The notes: generated by a model from the letters alone, not told the origin. A stretch of 63,622 nucleotides of DNA, filler included, from Choristocarpus tenellus KU-1152 (GCA_964200185.2; 12 parts of 12 records of this genome joined end to end with filler, not necessarily neighbours in it), one strand, 5' to 3'; counted from the first letter of the whole stretch, positions 25,701-39,752 are shown. Translations and numbers: made by a program.

Positions 25701-26693
25701 AATGATCCTTTGTGGGCAGGACGGACACAAGCATACAGTTGAAATTATAGTGAACGATCCTCACAACTTGGAAACATCATGCTCCTCAGACGACCTCTGC
25801 TTGGCTGATGGATCACTGACCGTGCTGATTGACGGTGACGAGATGACAAGACCAAGCATGGTATGTCAACAATTTGTCTGTTCTTGTGTTAATGTAGAAA
25901 TATCTGTCACTCCACCTTCATTACACCTGTTTTGTTCCTTACTGACATACATAGCCTTGTTCGAAATGGCCATGCATTGCCGGCAGCTCTATGCTATTAC
26001 ATACTGTATGAGGCTTGTCATTACCTTACACGTTTTATCCCAACACCAAGATAACTGGATGGATCTGCCTTATCTTTTGACTTTGCTGTTGTTTTCCTGT
26101 AGGTCAATACTGGTGATGGTGTTGAAGTCTCTGCCGTTAATATCCCTGGAGAATGCCGTCCTTTTGGGTTCGAGAAGTACTGGCTGTCCAAGCAGCAACA
26201 AAACGAGCAACAAAACGAGCAACAAAACGAAGAAGTCATGGAAGGTCGCAAGCTTCGCGAGGCTACACCTATGTCAGAGTGGCTCCTGCAGGACAATCTA
26301 AAGACCAACCCTCAAGAATGCAAGGAATATGTGGACAAGGCAGTCGAATTTGACTCTCTGTTCAACTACCAGTCGGAGCACACATCATTCCAGATAACCT
26401 CGCCACGCCTGTCTCTCAGGGTGAATCATGGCAAGATCCATCAAATTGCCATGCGAGACCCGACGGATTCCTTTGATCTGCCTGACCATGTTGCGTACCA
26501 GATGAATTTGGCCTTCAATAGCATTCAGCTTGGGGATGATCCTCGTGGTCTTATTGGCGAGACAGTACACCCTGTGCTTGACTCCAGTGGAGAGCCAATT
26601 CTTTATGGTGTTGAAGCCCTCCGTGCTGGCGAGGAGGCCTATCGTGTGGACTGTCTTCTTTGCAGCGAGTTTGAACAGCTTTCAGAGCCTTGA
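22768..26693 (+). CDS. Secreted Cys-rich protein with a VWD/root-cap-like domain, brown-algal family (exons 22768-22875, 23408-23527, optional 25218-25235, 25525-25860, 26103-26693)
   Basis: Signal-peptide-like N-terminus, then GDPHLVGFMGQRFDVTGQDGGVYNL...INMRVT...ITYIT...CLADGSL...SAVNIPGECRPFGFEKYW...NHGKIHQIAMRDP...DHVAYQMNL...PRGLIGET. Phases agree. A 12-bp x3 repeat encodes QQNE. Confidence 0.85.
23893..24150 (-). mobile_element. MITE family A copy with a 4-bp AAGT flanking duplication
   Basis: aagt|GAGTCAAATTATCTTAGAGGGTA...TACCCTCTAAGATACTTTCACTC|aagt. Confidence 0.88.
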
Positions 26694-27649
26694 TGAGATG
26701 ACTTCCAACAGACCAGCAACTGTACCCCATTGTCTTGCTTAGCCAATCATTGATTTCGTATGCCGTTTGTGTTCTTCTCATTGCATGTTGTATGAAAAGT
26801 GTAGAAAGGAGGGATCATCGAAAGTTTGTATACAGCCCTACTGCATTGAACAAGCAGATGATATTTTCTTATTGGAAGCGGAGCACTTTTTGTTTGGTTA
26901 CGAGCTCTTATCAATGTGTTCAGTTGCTCACGAATCAGTTGTCTACTGTAGGAAGTGTGCACTTAGATTCTAGTGTTGTGAAAGTGAATATTGAGATTAG
27001 ATTCAAACTGTTGTAGATTATCAAGTCCTGTGCTACCTGATTGATTAGGATTTGGTTGATGGTGATTGAAATTTATCTACTGATGTAGTATCATACTGGT
27101 TGTAACTCTTGTTCAACAATGTAATATATATCAATCGCAATCCCTTTCACACTACAACTGTGGTCTGAAGGGTTCCATACCCATGGTCAAATGGTAGTCA
27201 AAGGAGAAGCAATAAGAACACTGAAATAGTTAAACCGTAGTATTTCAAATATATATATATATATATAAGTAAAGAATTGAAAGAACAAAACTCAATGTTC
27301 AGTGGGTAAGAGAGCAGCCAAGCGGAGACCAATAACTGGGGCTAATAAATCCGACAATGATGCCAGCATTCCCAAGATCCGATTTTGAGAAAGTAACCTC
27401 AGGATCACACCTGGCCCATCCATATGAACACCATTTATCACAAATCATCACAAAAACAAGACTCAAGAAAGCGCTAGCATTAAGAAAGGTGATGAATGAG
27501 AAATTCAATAGTTAACAAGTATAGTACCAGCAGCGGGTGCATGTGTGCTTGAGCCGCCTTACCTGCTGTTCTATAATGACCTACGTTGCTGCCCCAGTCT
27601 CTCTACATCCACCTATCTATGAAACATTTGGTTTCATCATCAGTTGGAA

Positions 27650-28978
27650 GCTTTGGACAAATAATTCCCCTTGAAGGATTTGGGGGACGTAAAGCTGTAT
27701 ATGGGATATCATGTTACACAGGGTTGGAAGAGAGGACAATGAAGGTCGATTAGGAAGAATACGTGAAGGGCTGATGGAGAAGTTCGGGATCATAAGAGAG
27801 TACAATATGCCAGGATCTACAACAAGACATCTGTCGGAAAAGGATTCAAATGTGGAGGTGGACCCATGCACCCCACACAGGTATGCAAGTAGGGTCATTA
27901 ATCTGGTTAGATAACATGATGAGGCCAGATATTGCTAATGCGATAATGACTGTGGCAATATTTAGTAGTAACCCAGGACAGGGTTATTGGGATGCTGTTA
28001 AAAGGATTTTGGGTTACGTGAACAATACGAGGGGTATCGGGACTATGTATGATGGAAAAAAGGGAAAACGACTGGAGGCGTTCCTGATGCAGACTATGCA
28101 TCTGATCTGAACCAGCGGGGGTCTGTATCCGGGGAGCTACTAACCTTTGGATGTGTAGCACTTTCATGGTTTTCCAGGATCAGAAGGTGATGGCTTTGTC
28201 TACAATGGAGGTGGAATATTTACCTCTAGATGACAGCAACGGAGGTGATGTTTGTAAGACAGGTGATGGGGTTTACAAATCTAGAGAGGAAAGTCATATG
28301 TGTAACAAGGTATGACCAGAAAATCCAATCAATGAGTAGAGTACAACATAGATGTACGGCATCATTTCTTAGACAGTTGGTTAAGGAAGATATAGAGATT
28401 GTGCATATAGCATCAGAGGAACATGCAGATTTTCTCACAGAGTCTTTGAACCAGAATAGATTGATGTATCATATGAGGGTTGTGGTGAACTTGTGATAAT
28501 TTGATCCATGAGCATGATGGGATGATGAGTTGGAGAGATTCTATCTTGTTTGATACTTGAGCATTTTGTGGGTATAAATTGACTTGGACTAGAGATTGGA
28601 ACTTGAAGTGGGTTTTGGCGAATCAAGGATATGTGTTACATTTTACAGTGGCAAATTGTGAGTGCACAGTGGGAGGGGATGTTTACATAGGGACATGCGT
28701 TGTAGTACTGTACACACTCAATGTTGCTGTTAGTATACATGAAGTAATAAATATATGTGTTTAGCAGGATAGTGACTAAAATTATTCATGAGTGATAAAT
28801 AGGAATGTTATAATATCGTGATGTTCGAGTAACGTTTTAGGAACTAGCTTGATAATTTCCTAGATCGTTTGCTTGGGTGATTGTGGAGTAGGATAACCCC
28901 CCCTTGTGTAGATAAGAAGTCATAAATTCTTGTAAATTAATGAAGCATATTCTACATCATCTTCTTTGTGGTAATACA
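27650..28978 (+). mobile_element. Ty1/Copia LTR retrotransposon remnant (RT C-terminus, RNase H, PPT, probable 3' LTR 28680-28978)
   Basis: RPDIANA...NPGQGYWDAVKRILGYV, DADYA, ALSTMEVEY and IEIVHIASEE.ADFLT occur with frameshifts. The purine tract GGGAGGGGA directly precedes a TG...CA segment. Confidence 0.85.
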
Positions 28979-29778
28979 GTACACCCTGGTGCGGTGCGAA
29001 CACTCTCTTCATTCGCCCCTAGGATAAGGCTGGGAGGAGTGACTGCTGGGGGAGTGACTCAGTGACAGAGCAAAATATACTTCATCTTGATCTACACAGT
29101 GAGAATGTTCTTGAGTGGGACTTGGTCTGACTTTCTGTCAGGATTGAGTTTCACACATTAGCGACACTAGTGCTAAAAACGTCTGTTTGTGCTGTTGGGA
29201 CGTTACATTAAATTGGTTTGCTCAGAGCTTTCCCTGTATTACAAGGATTTCGACGAGGGATAGGTTGGATAAGAGGAGAAAAATAGCATTGCCTTTTAAG
29301 TGGATGAGTTTCCAAATGTTAGGCCTTTAATTGGTGGTCCTCCTTTCGAATGATACACATATATATACTTTGTACTCGAAATCCAATCCTTACTACACTT
29401 GCAAGTCTTATCACTGGGGACAGGGCTGGTATCATTTTTCTTACATCATGATGAGACCACCATATATTTTATTTTATTTAGGGCCGGATGATTCTGAATT
29501 TTTATCATGTTTTGATCTTTTATATTGTACTCATATGTGAATCGTGTGATTCTGTGGCGGCGTGGTTCACTCAGGCAAGGGTGGTGAAGAGAATCACCGG
29601 GCAAGACNNNNNNNNNNNNNNNNNNNNNNNNNNNNNNNNNNNNNNNNNNNNTTAATTAATTAANNNNNNNNNNNNNNNNNNNNNNNNNNNNNNNNNNNNN
29701 NNNNNNNTTGGGACCAGCCCCTCCCCCACCCATGCTGCCCACACCCCCACCCCCTCCCTTCTTTCCGAAATTCACCAC

Positions 29779-32700
29779 CGATTGCCTCGTTGTTATGTTT
29801 GCCTTTTCAACAATGCCCTGGGCTAATTGCTTATCGATTCTTGCCTGGATAGGAATTGTTTCATTGCACAGTAGTAGCATTGGAGAGCGGCATAAACTGT
29901 GATCACAACCCAATCTAGGACATGGAAAAAATTCCTGCAACTTTGTCCTTGTTGGAGGTTAAGTACATGCTACGTCTCTGGATATTACATACTTTTCATA
30001 TGAGACTAGAGAAATATTACTGTCAAAAAGAGAGTCGGCATCCAGAGGAGGATCAGAACCAAGGCCAGGGTTAGAACAGGTAGAACTACCTTCCAGATAT
30101 AGCGTAAATTTGTCAACAGTACGTTAACCATTTTCAAATTCCATATTTTTCCCAAAGCGACAGAATACAGCAGTATTTGAGTGATGGTCAAACCTTTCAA
30201 AGGAATTTTGCTCAAGCCAAGGCTCGTAACTGCACTGACAAAATTCATAGACTTCGTGATATTTGAGTAGAAAATAGATAGAATTGCCGACATATGGACA
30301 TGCTTCTGAAATCGTTTAGCCACCAAAGGTGGTAACAACAGCCCTGTTCATAGAGTGGAGAGTATTTTTTTCTTGTCTTCTATCTGCAGCTGATATTCGA
30401 GGCACCATAGGAACAGAAGCAATGTGACAATTCTAACTACCAGCATAGTTTGAAGTGTTAGGGTTGATTTGACTTATCGCACCAGCTGGTGTTGAAGAAG
30501 TGGTCTTTCAACAGGCAGTAGTGTGGTCTGGATTTTATTGTACATTTGTACAATGAGATCAAGGTTTCCAGTGTGTCTCTGGAACATCTGTTGGCGAGAG
30601 AATGGGGAAGAGAGAAGATGTTTATGGTGTTGAGAAGAAAGAAGAGGTAGCGAAAAGAACATTGAGTTGGATCTATTGGGGATGGCTGATGAGGAAGCTG
30701 TGGTTCGGGTATCTAACTGGTATCTATGCACATCTCTATTTCTATGCCATGCCACTTGCCCAATCATGCAGAAAGCAAAATCAAAGGAAGCTGCAACACA
30801 GATGTTCAGCTGAAGAGGAAAAAAAAAATTAAGCCATGCCAAGATAGCAACTAATGTGATCGATTGGGTAAGGGAGGTTCCAGGACAATTCATTCTATTG
30901 ACTCAATGTTGCCAATGGAATGCATTGCTTGAGTAGGGGTTGTAATTTATACCATGTCCCCCTCCTCGCTCAATATCTTCATGCACCACACACCAACTTT
31001 ATCTGTTCAACCACCCCAAAAGACAAAAAAACACACTTTGAGTCAAAGTATCTTAGAGGGTAGATCCGGGTAAATTTTGGGGGCCACAATCCAATGTTGC
31101 GATTTTGATGTAGTTTTGGCTATCGTGTTTGTTAGGAAGTCTCTATACCCCTATTCCTGACACACCTTTTCATAACATATACATTCTACCTACTCGAAAT
31201 AATATTTTGGAGTAGGAAAATGTCATTTAAAAAAAAATGGGAAGCCAAGCCCCAAATGGACAAACAGGGCAAAACTTGTACGCTCTACGATACTTTCACT
31301 CTTTGTTCTCACCTCTGCTCTGCTGTACACCTCTAAAGCAGACTCTGGAACGTTGAGGCCAAGAAGCAGCAAGTACTTCACCTCCCGCAGCAATCGGATA
31401 ATCAACAAGTCAAAGTTGACAAACAATAGCCTGGATTTCCACAACAAGGTCAACAATGAGATAAGGAGTGTGGATCCGATCCAGTATATTTGTTGAGCTC
31501 AAGGATCAGAAGAGCAAGGTTTCAATATCCACCATGAGATCACATCGTGCGACCAACTTGAGAGGGGAAACGGATCAAGTTGAGCAAACCCCAACTGCTG
31601 TGTAATATGCCGTACTATGTAGTACTTGGCCACAGACCATCTCAACAAAATTTTGAACAAGTACTCTGAGTATATGTATCAATAATCCATACTATCGCAA
31701 ACTGTAATCTAAGAATTTCCTATGGCAACAATTGCACTAATTAATAGTCTTGAAGGTGGCACCATATTAATAAGAGAATGTATGTAGTAGAGAACCGTCA
31801 AAACGTTTATGTTGTGATTTGGTTTCTTGCTGCACAATGCTTGCACAAGTTTTTCGTGAACTTGGATGACAAAATGAGATTACTGCCTAGGGTGCTCAGG
31901 CGGTAAGAGAGCACAGACTCACTATCTAACATTCCTATATGTGCTTCAATAATTGTGTCAAGATTCTGGAGGAGAACTACAAGCTTGATCAGGAATACCC
32001 TCCAACCTGGTCAGCATTAATGTATGCCTTGCTGGCATAGAACGACTGGTTGTTTTTCCAGATATTTCGTTCTCCTAGCCTCCAAGTTAGAACGAAATAT
32101 TAATTGAGCATGGGCTCAAGACCACCTGAGCATAGATGCTGAACAAGACACGACGTCTCAAGCAATCTGAAGTACTCAGAGTGCAAAGAAGAGACATTTT
32201 GTCTATCATCTCAGCAATCCTATGATGGAGCCAGTGCATTCAACTGCTTTATAGTGAGGTCATCCTAATATTTGAACAAACACAAGCCATAGCAATACAC
32301 CCGAGCATTGGATACACGTTTCTTTCTTCCCATCTATTCATGGTGAGATGTTAAAGGCTAATTCTGTACAGCATAATAAAATTACAATCCCCTCAGTCCT
32401 CCTCTTCCCTGTCCTTTCTCACTGAGCGGGCCTTGACTCACCCCTCTTTATTCCGCCGCAGCAGAGGGTTTTTCAGTTTCCCCTCACAAGATGACTCTAT
32501 ACTTGCCCCCCAGATCTGATGGTGAGAAGAGTGTGGATGTAGAATCGATGTTGTTTAATGTATAGTGAGGCCATCGACTTTCTCTATGTCAGTTTCATAG
32601 GATATCTCGAGTGTTTACTATATCCCTGAAATCATACCCACATTAGTCAGGTGAATCTAAACACTCAAGAATTTGTAAGGGGTGCTGTGGTCGACAGTGA

Positions 32701-34222
32701 GTGCTAGACCTTTGAAAAATGCATTTATATTGATGTCATGACCTTGATACCAACATCAGGCATTTTAGGGCTGTGACCAGGCAACTGGAATGGACAGGGA
32801 TTAGAGGAGGGGAAGGGCAACGATGATCTGTGAGAAAACCAGACTTAGACTCAAGGTTGATACTAATGTTACTGTTTGGGTTGATGTTGGATTTTGATTT
32901 CATGCTTATATCAATTTTTTGTTTTGTGCTACGGGTGTGGTGTCAGTCTTAGTGTTGCAGAGTTAGGATGGGCTAGGTCAACTGACCAGGGGGTAGGGCT
33001 CATCAAGAGTAGCAGAAAATACCATTGTCCAAGGCTGAGGAATTCATTCTCTTGATCTCCATCACCATTTCAGAGTAATTTTTTGTTCAAGACACAACAA
33101 CTGTTGCAACAGCGATACTGCCTCCAAAGAACTTTAGTTTTCCAAGCGCTCCAGGTTATGATCATGAAAGAAGAAAATGTGGAATGCTAAAAGGGAAAGT
33201 CTTGAGCTCTATCTCCCCCTTCCGCTCCAGATGTTTCAAATCACAAAGATGATCTTGTTGAATCTACTCATGAACAGCACTACGAAAAATGACGCTTAAA
33301 ACTATTCAAGGGTAGTTGCAGAACAATAGAAATGTACCCTTGCACAATCTAACAGGGCAGGGGCCCATCAACAAACCTGGGTGTAATGAATCAAAATTGA
33401 AAATGGGAGAAGCACATATATGAAGCTTCAATGTTTCACATGCTGCAGAGGAAAATCTTTTTCCAAAACATCTACAGGGTAAAAAAAATAAACTATTGAT
33501 TTACCTGGTCTATTACCATAGATGTGATCATGTTTGTAGGGATCCAAACCATAATCTGTAGTGTTTCACAAGAAATCTTTGAGAGTAAAGTCAAGCTCTA
33601 ACCTTCATCTTCTCGTTCTCGAAGTCCTGCAACTGTCCCACAAGCAATGTATACCTCTTGACAACCTCTCTTGCCTCTTCCCCCTCCTGAACCTAGAGTG
33701 AGAAATAGTTTATGAAGAAATATTTTATTATTTTCTTTGTGTGCACTCTTCTTTGAACTCAGGATTAGACTCTCTAAAACATCTTAACACTTTGCAGAAA
33801 TTGATGAATGCCGTTTTGCTAGACTTTCAGAAGAGCCAATGTTTTTTTTTGTTGTATTGGATTACATCTAAATTGCTTGTTAAGAAGAGCTGAAATACCA
33901 TCAGTGATATTCTAAATCAAGGCCCCGATGTATCCGAAAGCTTCCAGAAACCATAGGGCTCTGCATTTTCCCATTGAAACATTCAACAGCATCATATCTT
34001 CTCTGTCAGATTATTTATATTGCACACTAGCCAACACACATATCCACCATGATGGTTGTCACCGCCAACTTGAAAAGTTGCACATACCTTTTTATCAAAG
34101 TTTGAAATCTTCTGCATGGGAAGGGTTACCCTCTCCAGTAGGCCACGTGACCATGCTAGGGCCCCCGCAACAGGGGGGAGATTGTGTCCAATGGGCGGAT
34201 TTTCCTTGTTCTTTGCAAACAG
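29779..34222 (-). CDS. Axonemal dynein heavy chain, N-terminal (DHC_N1) internal exons 34088-34222, 33603-33692, 32442-32515, 31313-31430, 30483-30587, ~29779-29844
   Basis: LFAKNKENPPIGHNLPPVAGALAWSRGLLERV.. | EEAREVVKRY.. | IWGASIESSCEGKLKNPLLRR.. | LLFVNFD..RLLREVKYLLLLGLNVPESALEVYSRAE | ..GNLDLIVQMYNKIQTTLLPVERPLL.. Six exons, phases agree. Confidence 0.92.
31040..31301 (-). mobile_element. MITE family A copy, ~11 bp from a dynein exon end
   Basis: Family A termini and internal sequence. Confidence 0.85.
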
Positions 34223-35574
34223 CTTCAAGGACGTTTTGAGGGGCAGATGTCATCAATCACCCAAGTAAGACTACCTCCACAATATTATGTAGAAGGTCGG
34301 ATTTTGCACTTAGCTCGGGTGGAAAGATAAGGCACAGTGAAATAGGTCATATGCTTTATTGCCTAGTTGATTGCGTCTTGGTTCAAGCAGAAGGTGGAGA
34401 TGTTAGAACTCATATAGGCATGTGATGATTTGGAGAGATCTCCAAGCTCAAACTATCCTTGTGAAACATTGATTCGCTCTCTTGTTGTGAGCAGGCTAGG
34501 GTAGTGAATGATATGTGAATATTAGCTTGTGCTCACACTAGTTTTGACGCATTGATCTGTGGCGCGGTATGTCATTATATGACTTCGAACTTTGAACATT
34601 GCTACGATGACTACCACATAGCTTGGGACAGAGATTTTCTCGTTTCTAACAAAACAACATTCTCCTATCACCACTAACATGCAGCACTCTCAAACAGAAA
34701 AACAGGATCATATCAATATCTGAGGGAAACCGTGCCTTGAAGTATTCTCCACAACAATTGGTTCAAAGTATCTGGGGGGGGGGGGGGGGGGGGGGGTTGG
34801 GGCCTCTTTTTGCCCTGTTTTTTTTTTTTTTTTTTTTTGTTTGTTTTTGTGTGGTTGGNNNNNNNNNNNNNNNNNNNNNNNNNNNNNNNNNNNNNNNNNN
34901 NNTTAATTAATTAANNNNNNNNNNNNNNNNNNNNNNNNNNNNNNNNNNNNNNNNNNNNGGTATCCCCACCCCCCCCCTCCCACCAAATGTTTCTTAGATC
35001 CAAAGAGGGTACAAAATGGGTCGAAGTAAAGCTGACTATTTATGTGTATGTAAGGACTAAGCAACATGGGTTCAGAGTCAAATAATCTGTAAAAACCTTG
35101 CCCCTCTTGGTCTGGAATGCAAAGGTATACCCCCCTCTGTCTGTCTATGCTGTACCACCCCTTTATCAACTTTCCTCACAACAAATCATCCAGGTGCCCT
35201 TTCAATCTTTGAGCAGAATATGGGTTGAGAGTTTCTCTGAGATATGACAAGGCGGTGTGACCTGCAGAGAGGTCTGACCCACAATGAGATTGTGAGAAGA
35301 AAAACGCCTCTGGCAGGGCCCCTCAACACCCTGTTTGGGTCATGGTATATAGTGCACCTCAACATGTGCAGTTCAATGCAATCAAGCACATGGAGTTATT
35401 TGTTGAGAGGATAGAAATTTTACTCATAAAACATGTGGACTCACAACCAAAACACCATCTCATTGCAAAATACACTCTACAGTATTTTCAACTAATTGAG
35501 ACCTTGTCAGGCATTTTGTTAACTGGATCGAGAGATGTGTATGATCTTCTCCTCGGAGGGGGTACAACCATCAC

Positions 35575-37088
35575 CTTGATATCTGAATACGCATACTCCC
35601 GCACAGATTCCTCTGCTCCCAGGATCACTTCGCAGAGGGCATGAGGCAAGACCATCAGCCGACACTCCACCTGTCCCCGCTGTCCCCTCATGACACGCTT
35701 TGCCGAAGCTACATACCACCTTCCAGATGAGAGTAGTTCCCTGAACCGCCCCCACCCCTCAGGATCTGTTCCCCCACTGGCCCCATCGCAACCATGAGCA
35801 CTCCCTGCCAGTACCCGGAGGCGTGCAAGGTTTGTGAGTAGCTCCAGTCGCCAAGCACACCTTGAAATTTCACAAGAGAACATATGATGGAAGATTGGTA
35901 AATGCATGGCTGAGTAGCTGCTGTGCAAAAATAAGCCTTTTGTAGCTTCAGTATCAGAATAGACATCATCTTATTCCCAGAGCTTTCACCAGTTTCAGTC
36001 AAAAGGGGGTTGACATTCCACTGTACTAATAACACAATACAGTAAACGCACTTCAAGGGATCATTTGAATACCAAAAAAGGGTAAGGGGTTAGTAGGGAG
36101 ATGGATAAAAGTACAGGGTATGGACTCCACATAGTACTCCAACTATGATCATACTACGTATGTTGTAGACTATCTGACGTGGTGATATGTACATGGTTCT
36201 ACTGCTTGGGTATGACACTCACTGAGCACTAAACCATCTTCAAATATGTGGTACCTACTCCTGTCATGTGGTAGACTGCATCTCCCAAGTAGAAACGCCA
36301 GAAACACGCCAGCCTCATTAACGGTACCACTGTTATAGCACCACGCATGATTCTCAACACACATTGCAATGAGAGTACTTGCAACAAGCGGCGGACCGGG
36401 ATACTAACCAAAATCATACCTGAGTACCCAATTGCAGCAACGAGAGAGGGGTATAGCGATAGGAGTCTTGCCTCCCATCAACAAATTCCAGAACACACTT
36501 TATTCTACTTCACTCACCATCTCAATTCATCAGAACATTTACAATTCATGGTCACGTATACTTCACCTGAAACGTATCTGCCCCCCAGGCTCTAGGTCCA
36601 AGATGAACTCCTGGTGATCGGTCGACGAGGGCAAGGCCTACAGTGCGAAGTGAACGAAAGAGGTATTGGAAGGTAAAACGTGCGGGCTTATGGATACTGT
36701 CGAGACCACCTAACGATACAGATTTGGTTAAATGCACATTGGAGAAGCAGAGTCGGTATTGGTACGCAATAATAGCAAAAGGAAGCAAAAGCAACTGTTG
36801 CAAGACACACGTGGGAGGGATCGCAATACTCTACGGGCTTCTGTCGCAAGCACCTCAGAAAACGACCTCCACTCCTAATATCGAAAAAAAATACGTAATA
36901 GATCATGTTCTACCTACCTTTTTGAGAGCAGTGTAATGGTAAGTGTTGGTGATAGACATGCTTGACGGCTCTAGCGTTGACAGGCCTTGAGTTCCGAGAG
37001 CAAGAACTCGTTTGTAGGGAGTGCGCCATGAGCGGACCTTGTCCACAACATAGCGGTGGTCCACACCTCCCACAGCCACACCCGTCAT
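35575..37088 (-). CDS. RME8: RME-8/DNAJC13 (GRV2)-like protein, first three exons (36918-37088, 36567-36637, 35575-35860)
   Basis: RYVVDKVRSWRTPYKRVLALGTQGLSTLEPSSMSITNTYHY | ..EFILDL..IRF | ..RLELLTNLARLR...EYAYSDIK matches the RME-8 N-terminus (K-x-SWRGKYKR...TN-x-W-x-Y). Phases agree. Confidence 0.78.
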
Positions 37089-37317
37089 CAGGCAATTTAT
37101 AGCATCAACAATACCCCTATGTGGGCAAGGTAGGTCAAGGAAAACAGATTACGAGATGGTACATTTTCTCAAATGTAAATAAAAAGACGATAAAAGAGGG
37201 TTGATCCAAATTCAAAAAAATTTACGTATCAGTATTTTCCCTCTCACATTTTTGTTAAGTATATATATATATATATATATCTCAGGAAAACAAAATTAAT
37301 ACTACTAGCGAAACAAC

Positions 37318-37640
37318 CCCAACACCTTCGCAGTGGAAAGATAGTGGAAAGTTTTGGGCGCCGCAGCAAGCAAGCAGAACGTTTCCTGGATGAGCTAGCT
37401 ACACACGCGGTGGGGGGAAGAGGAACGGGAGGCTACAGCAGAAAAGGTGCCGTCAAATCCCGCCTACGCCAGATAGTCTCAGTCACAACACAAGTAGCCC
37501 TATTATCTAGACGGGTCATGCGTTTTAAGTTGGAGTCACTAGGGAGATGGGCAAGTAGAGGTTTATTAGATTAGTGGGATGCTTCCCTAGCTCCTCGCCC
37601 TGGGGTACAGGAATAGGTTTGGGGCACGGGAAGGCAGTAA
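37318..37640 (+). mobile_element. 3' end of an RLE-type (CRE/NeSL-like) non-LTR retrotransposon, 5'-truncated
   Basis: TFAV..VESFGRRSKQAERFLDELATHAVGG...RLRQIVSVTTQVAL resembles the restriction-like endonuclease C-terminus. A second copy lies at 44840-45056. Confidence 0.65.
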
Positions 37641-38649
37641 TACAACATAGATATGTGGTAGTAAATTAAGAAATAGATTGACATTTTTTTCACTTTGTGA
37701 TAAATGTTGCTTCCTTAGTATATGTGAATAGTTTTCATTAGTTTTTCCCTTGGCACATCTATCTGCAAAATTTCAGAGGGCATAATAAATATATATTAGC
37801 AAGACTAGATACTGTTGAAAATACAATGATAAGCCGTCCATAATGTAAGGACACCTCCCTAAAAGTGGTACCTAATTTGAAAGATAAAAATACAATCTCC
37901 CACTAAAGATAGGCCACTAAGTAATGTGTACACTCCTGTGCTTCTAAACTACCTCAACCCAAAGCAGGGGAGGTAGGAATTCAAAATTCTTATCATAAAG
38001 TGAGCCAAACCAAGTGAGCTAGTCAGACTTGGACCCTTTTTGTATTCTAAGCCATCTTTCTCATCACCCTTATGCTATACACTGTATTTCATTGCTTCAT
38101 GTGCATAATAGTGTATGAAAAATGATACTACCCCTTTCCACACGCAAAGTGACACCATAATTCAGCAAAGTCTCTTTCTGTAATTGTACGAAATGGAATA
38201 TTTCTGCCCTTTTTTGGGATCCTAAAGTGCAACCTTATCTACCTCTCGATTGTACAATTAAAATCTACACCGCTAACCTTTGTGACTATTTGCAAGGGTG
38301 TACGATTAATTGTGTGTCGCCCTATTATTATCTTATATTATTTTGTCCAAGATTAGTGGTGAATAATCCCTACCCATGGTGATAGGTGATAAACATTTTA
38401 GTACTTCTCATAATCCTACTATCTACTAACTCTTGCACTACGAATAGTAATAATTGTACTATATCCGTTCCTGCCTTATTTCTTGCTCGTTAGGTTTAAG
38501 GTTCTTTACCTGGGGCGCAGGGGAGGATGGGGGTCTGGGACGGGGTGCAGAGGAGATGTTTCCTGCACAGGTGGGACTATGATGACGTTTGCTGTGTTGA
38601 GGGCGGTGGTAGGGGGGGGGCTTAATTATGATGAGACTCTTGCGATCAT

Positions 38650-39400
38650 TCACAATACACCCACACTCAGAGATGCCACCTGCTTGTTAAGAAGGTTTTC
38701 TCAGCTCGCGAATTTCTAGTCTAGTTCCAACTTTCAGCTACTTGTGCAGCCTAAGGGATTCAAAGCCCAATGATGCTTTCTGATGCTCCTACATGCTAAG
38801 ATTCGAGAGGATACGTTGGACGCAAGTTGTGCTGTTCCTATGCAAACTCTTGCATTTTTGCTCTGTGAGACTGGTTGTCATCTATAATGTCTTGGTGGTG
38901 TTCAGATATGCTTCATGGTGCTTTGGGGATTCACACCTCTGCATGAAGTCGAAGAAGGGTACGATATATTGTGCCACATCACTATGCGCAACGAATGGTG
39001 TTGGATCACAGCAAGATTTTCTTGTCAGAGTTGAATGAATTGGGTTGTAGGTAGGACCCTGGCAGGACATGTAACATCCTCGGGTAAATGCCCTTACAAC
39101 AATGAATTTCGAATTGTAAGGTGAATAGAAATGATTGAGTGATGCAAACATAATAAGTACCCAAAACTTCTCGAGAAGAGTTATATTTTCATCTATAATA
39201 CATGTATCGTTATACCAATATGTACACGAATGCGCGTGCCCGAATGTCAATGTGCTTACTGTAGTCACCTCAACATGTATACCCCACAAGAGTCTGAATT
39301 GTGTAGGAGAGTAGTCTCGGTCTCTGAAAAGACAAATGAGAATTCAGCATTGAGAACCAATGTGTCTATGAGGGTCTCCCAAAAGAGAGACTCACATCAC
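38650..39400 (-). pseudogene. Degenerate transposase remnant, possibly KDZ-like
   Basis: FFDFMQRCESPKH and, in shifted frames, IRKHHWALNPLGCTSS and NSRAEK resemble the KDZ FM-x3-ESP / H-x-x-x-H-x-x-C / NS-x-x-E motifs. Confidence 0.35.
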
Positions 39401-39752
39401 AAATTTGTTGGCAGTCAAATGAGAAGCTTTTTCTAGCTCCTTAGATCAGAGAACAATAGTGCATACGCATGTTGTCCAGGTGCACATGGGCACAAATCAG
39501 GAGCACCCCATGCTCCACAGTCTATACGAAGGTAGTGAAAAAAATTCCTCTTCTGTCTTTTGCTGTAACATTGTGGAAACCTTTGCTTTTTGTCAAGATC
39601 GAAATCTTGATATTCAGATCTTCGAATGACTGTGACTTTGTCCTTCCTCACTCAAACCATGTTTAGGGAAGTGCCCAGCATTTTAACCTACACTTTCATT
39701 TTCTGCATATATATCTAGGACAAAAATTTGTTGCATATCACTGACCAGATGA

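Noticed and set aside
31313-31430. Dynein exon captured by the adjacent MITE
   Set aside because: Five more in-phase dynein exons flank it, so it belongs to an ordinary long-intron gene.
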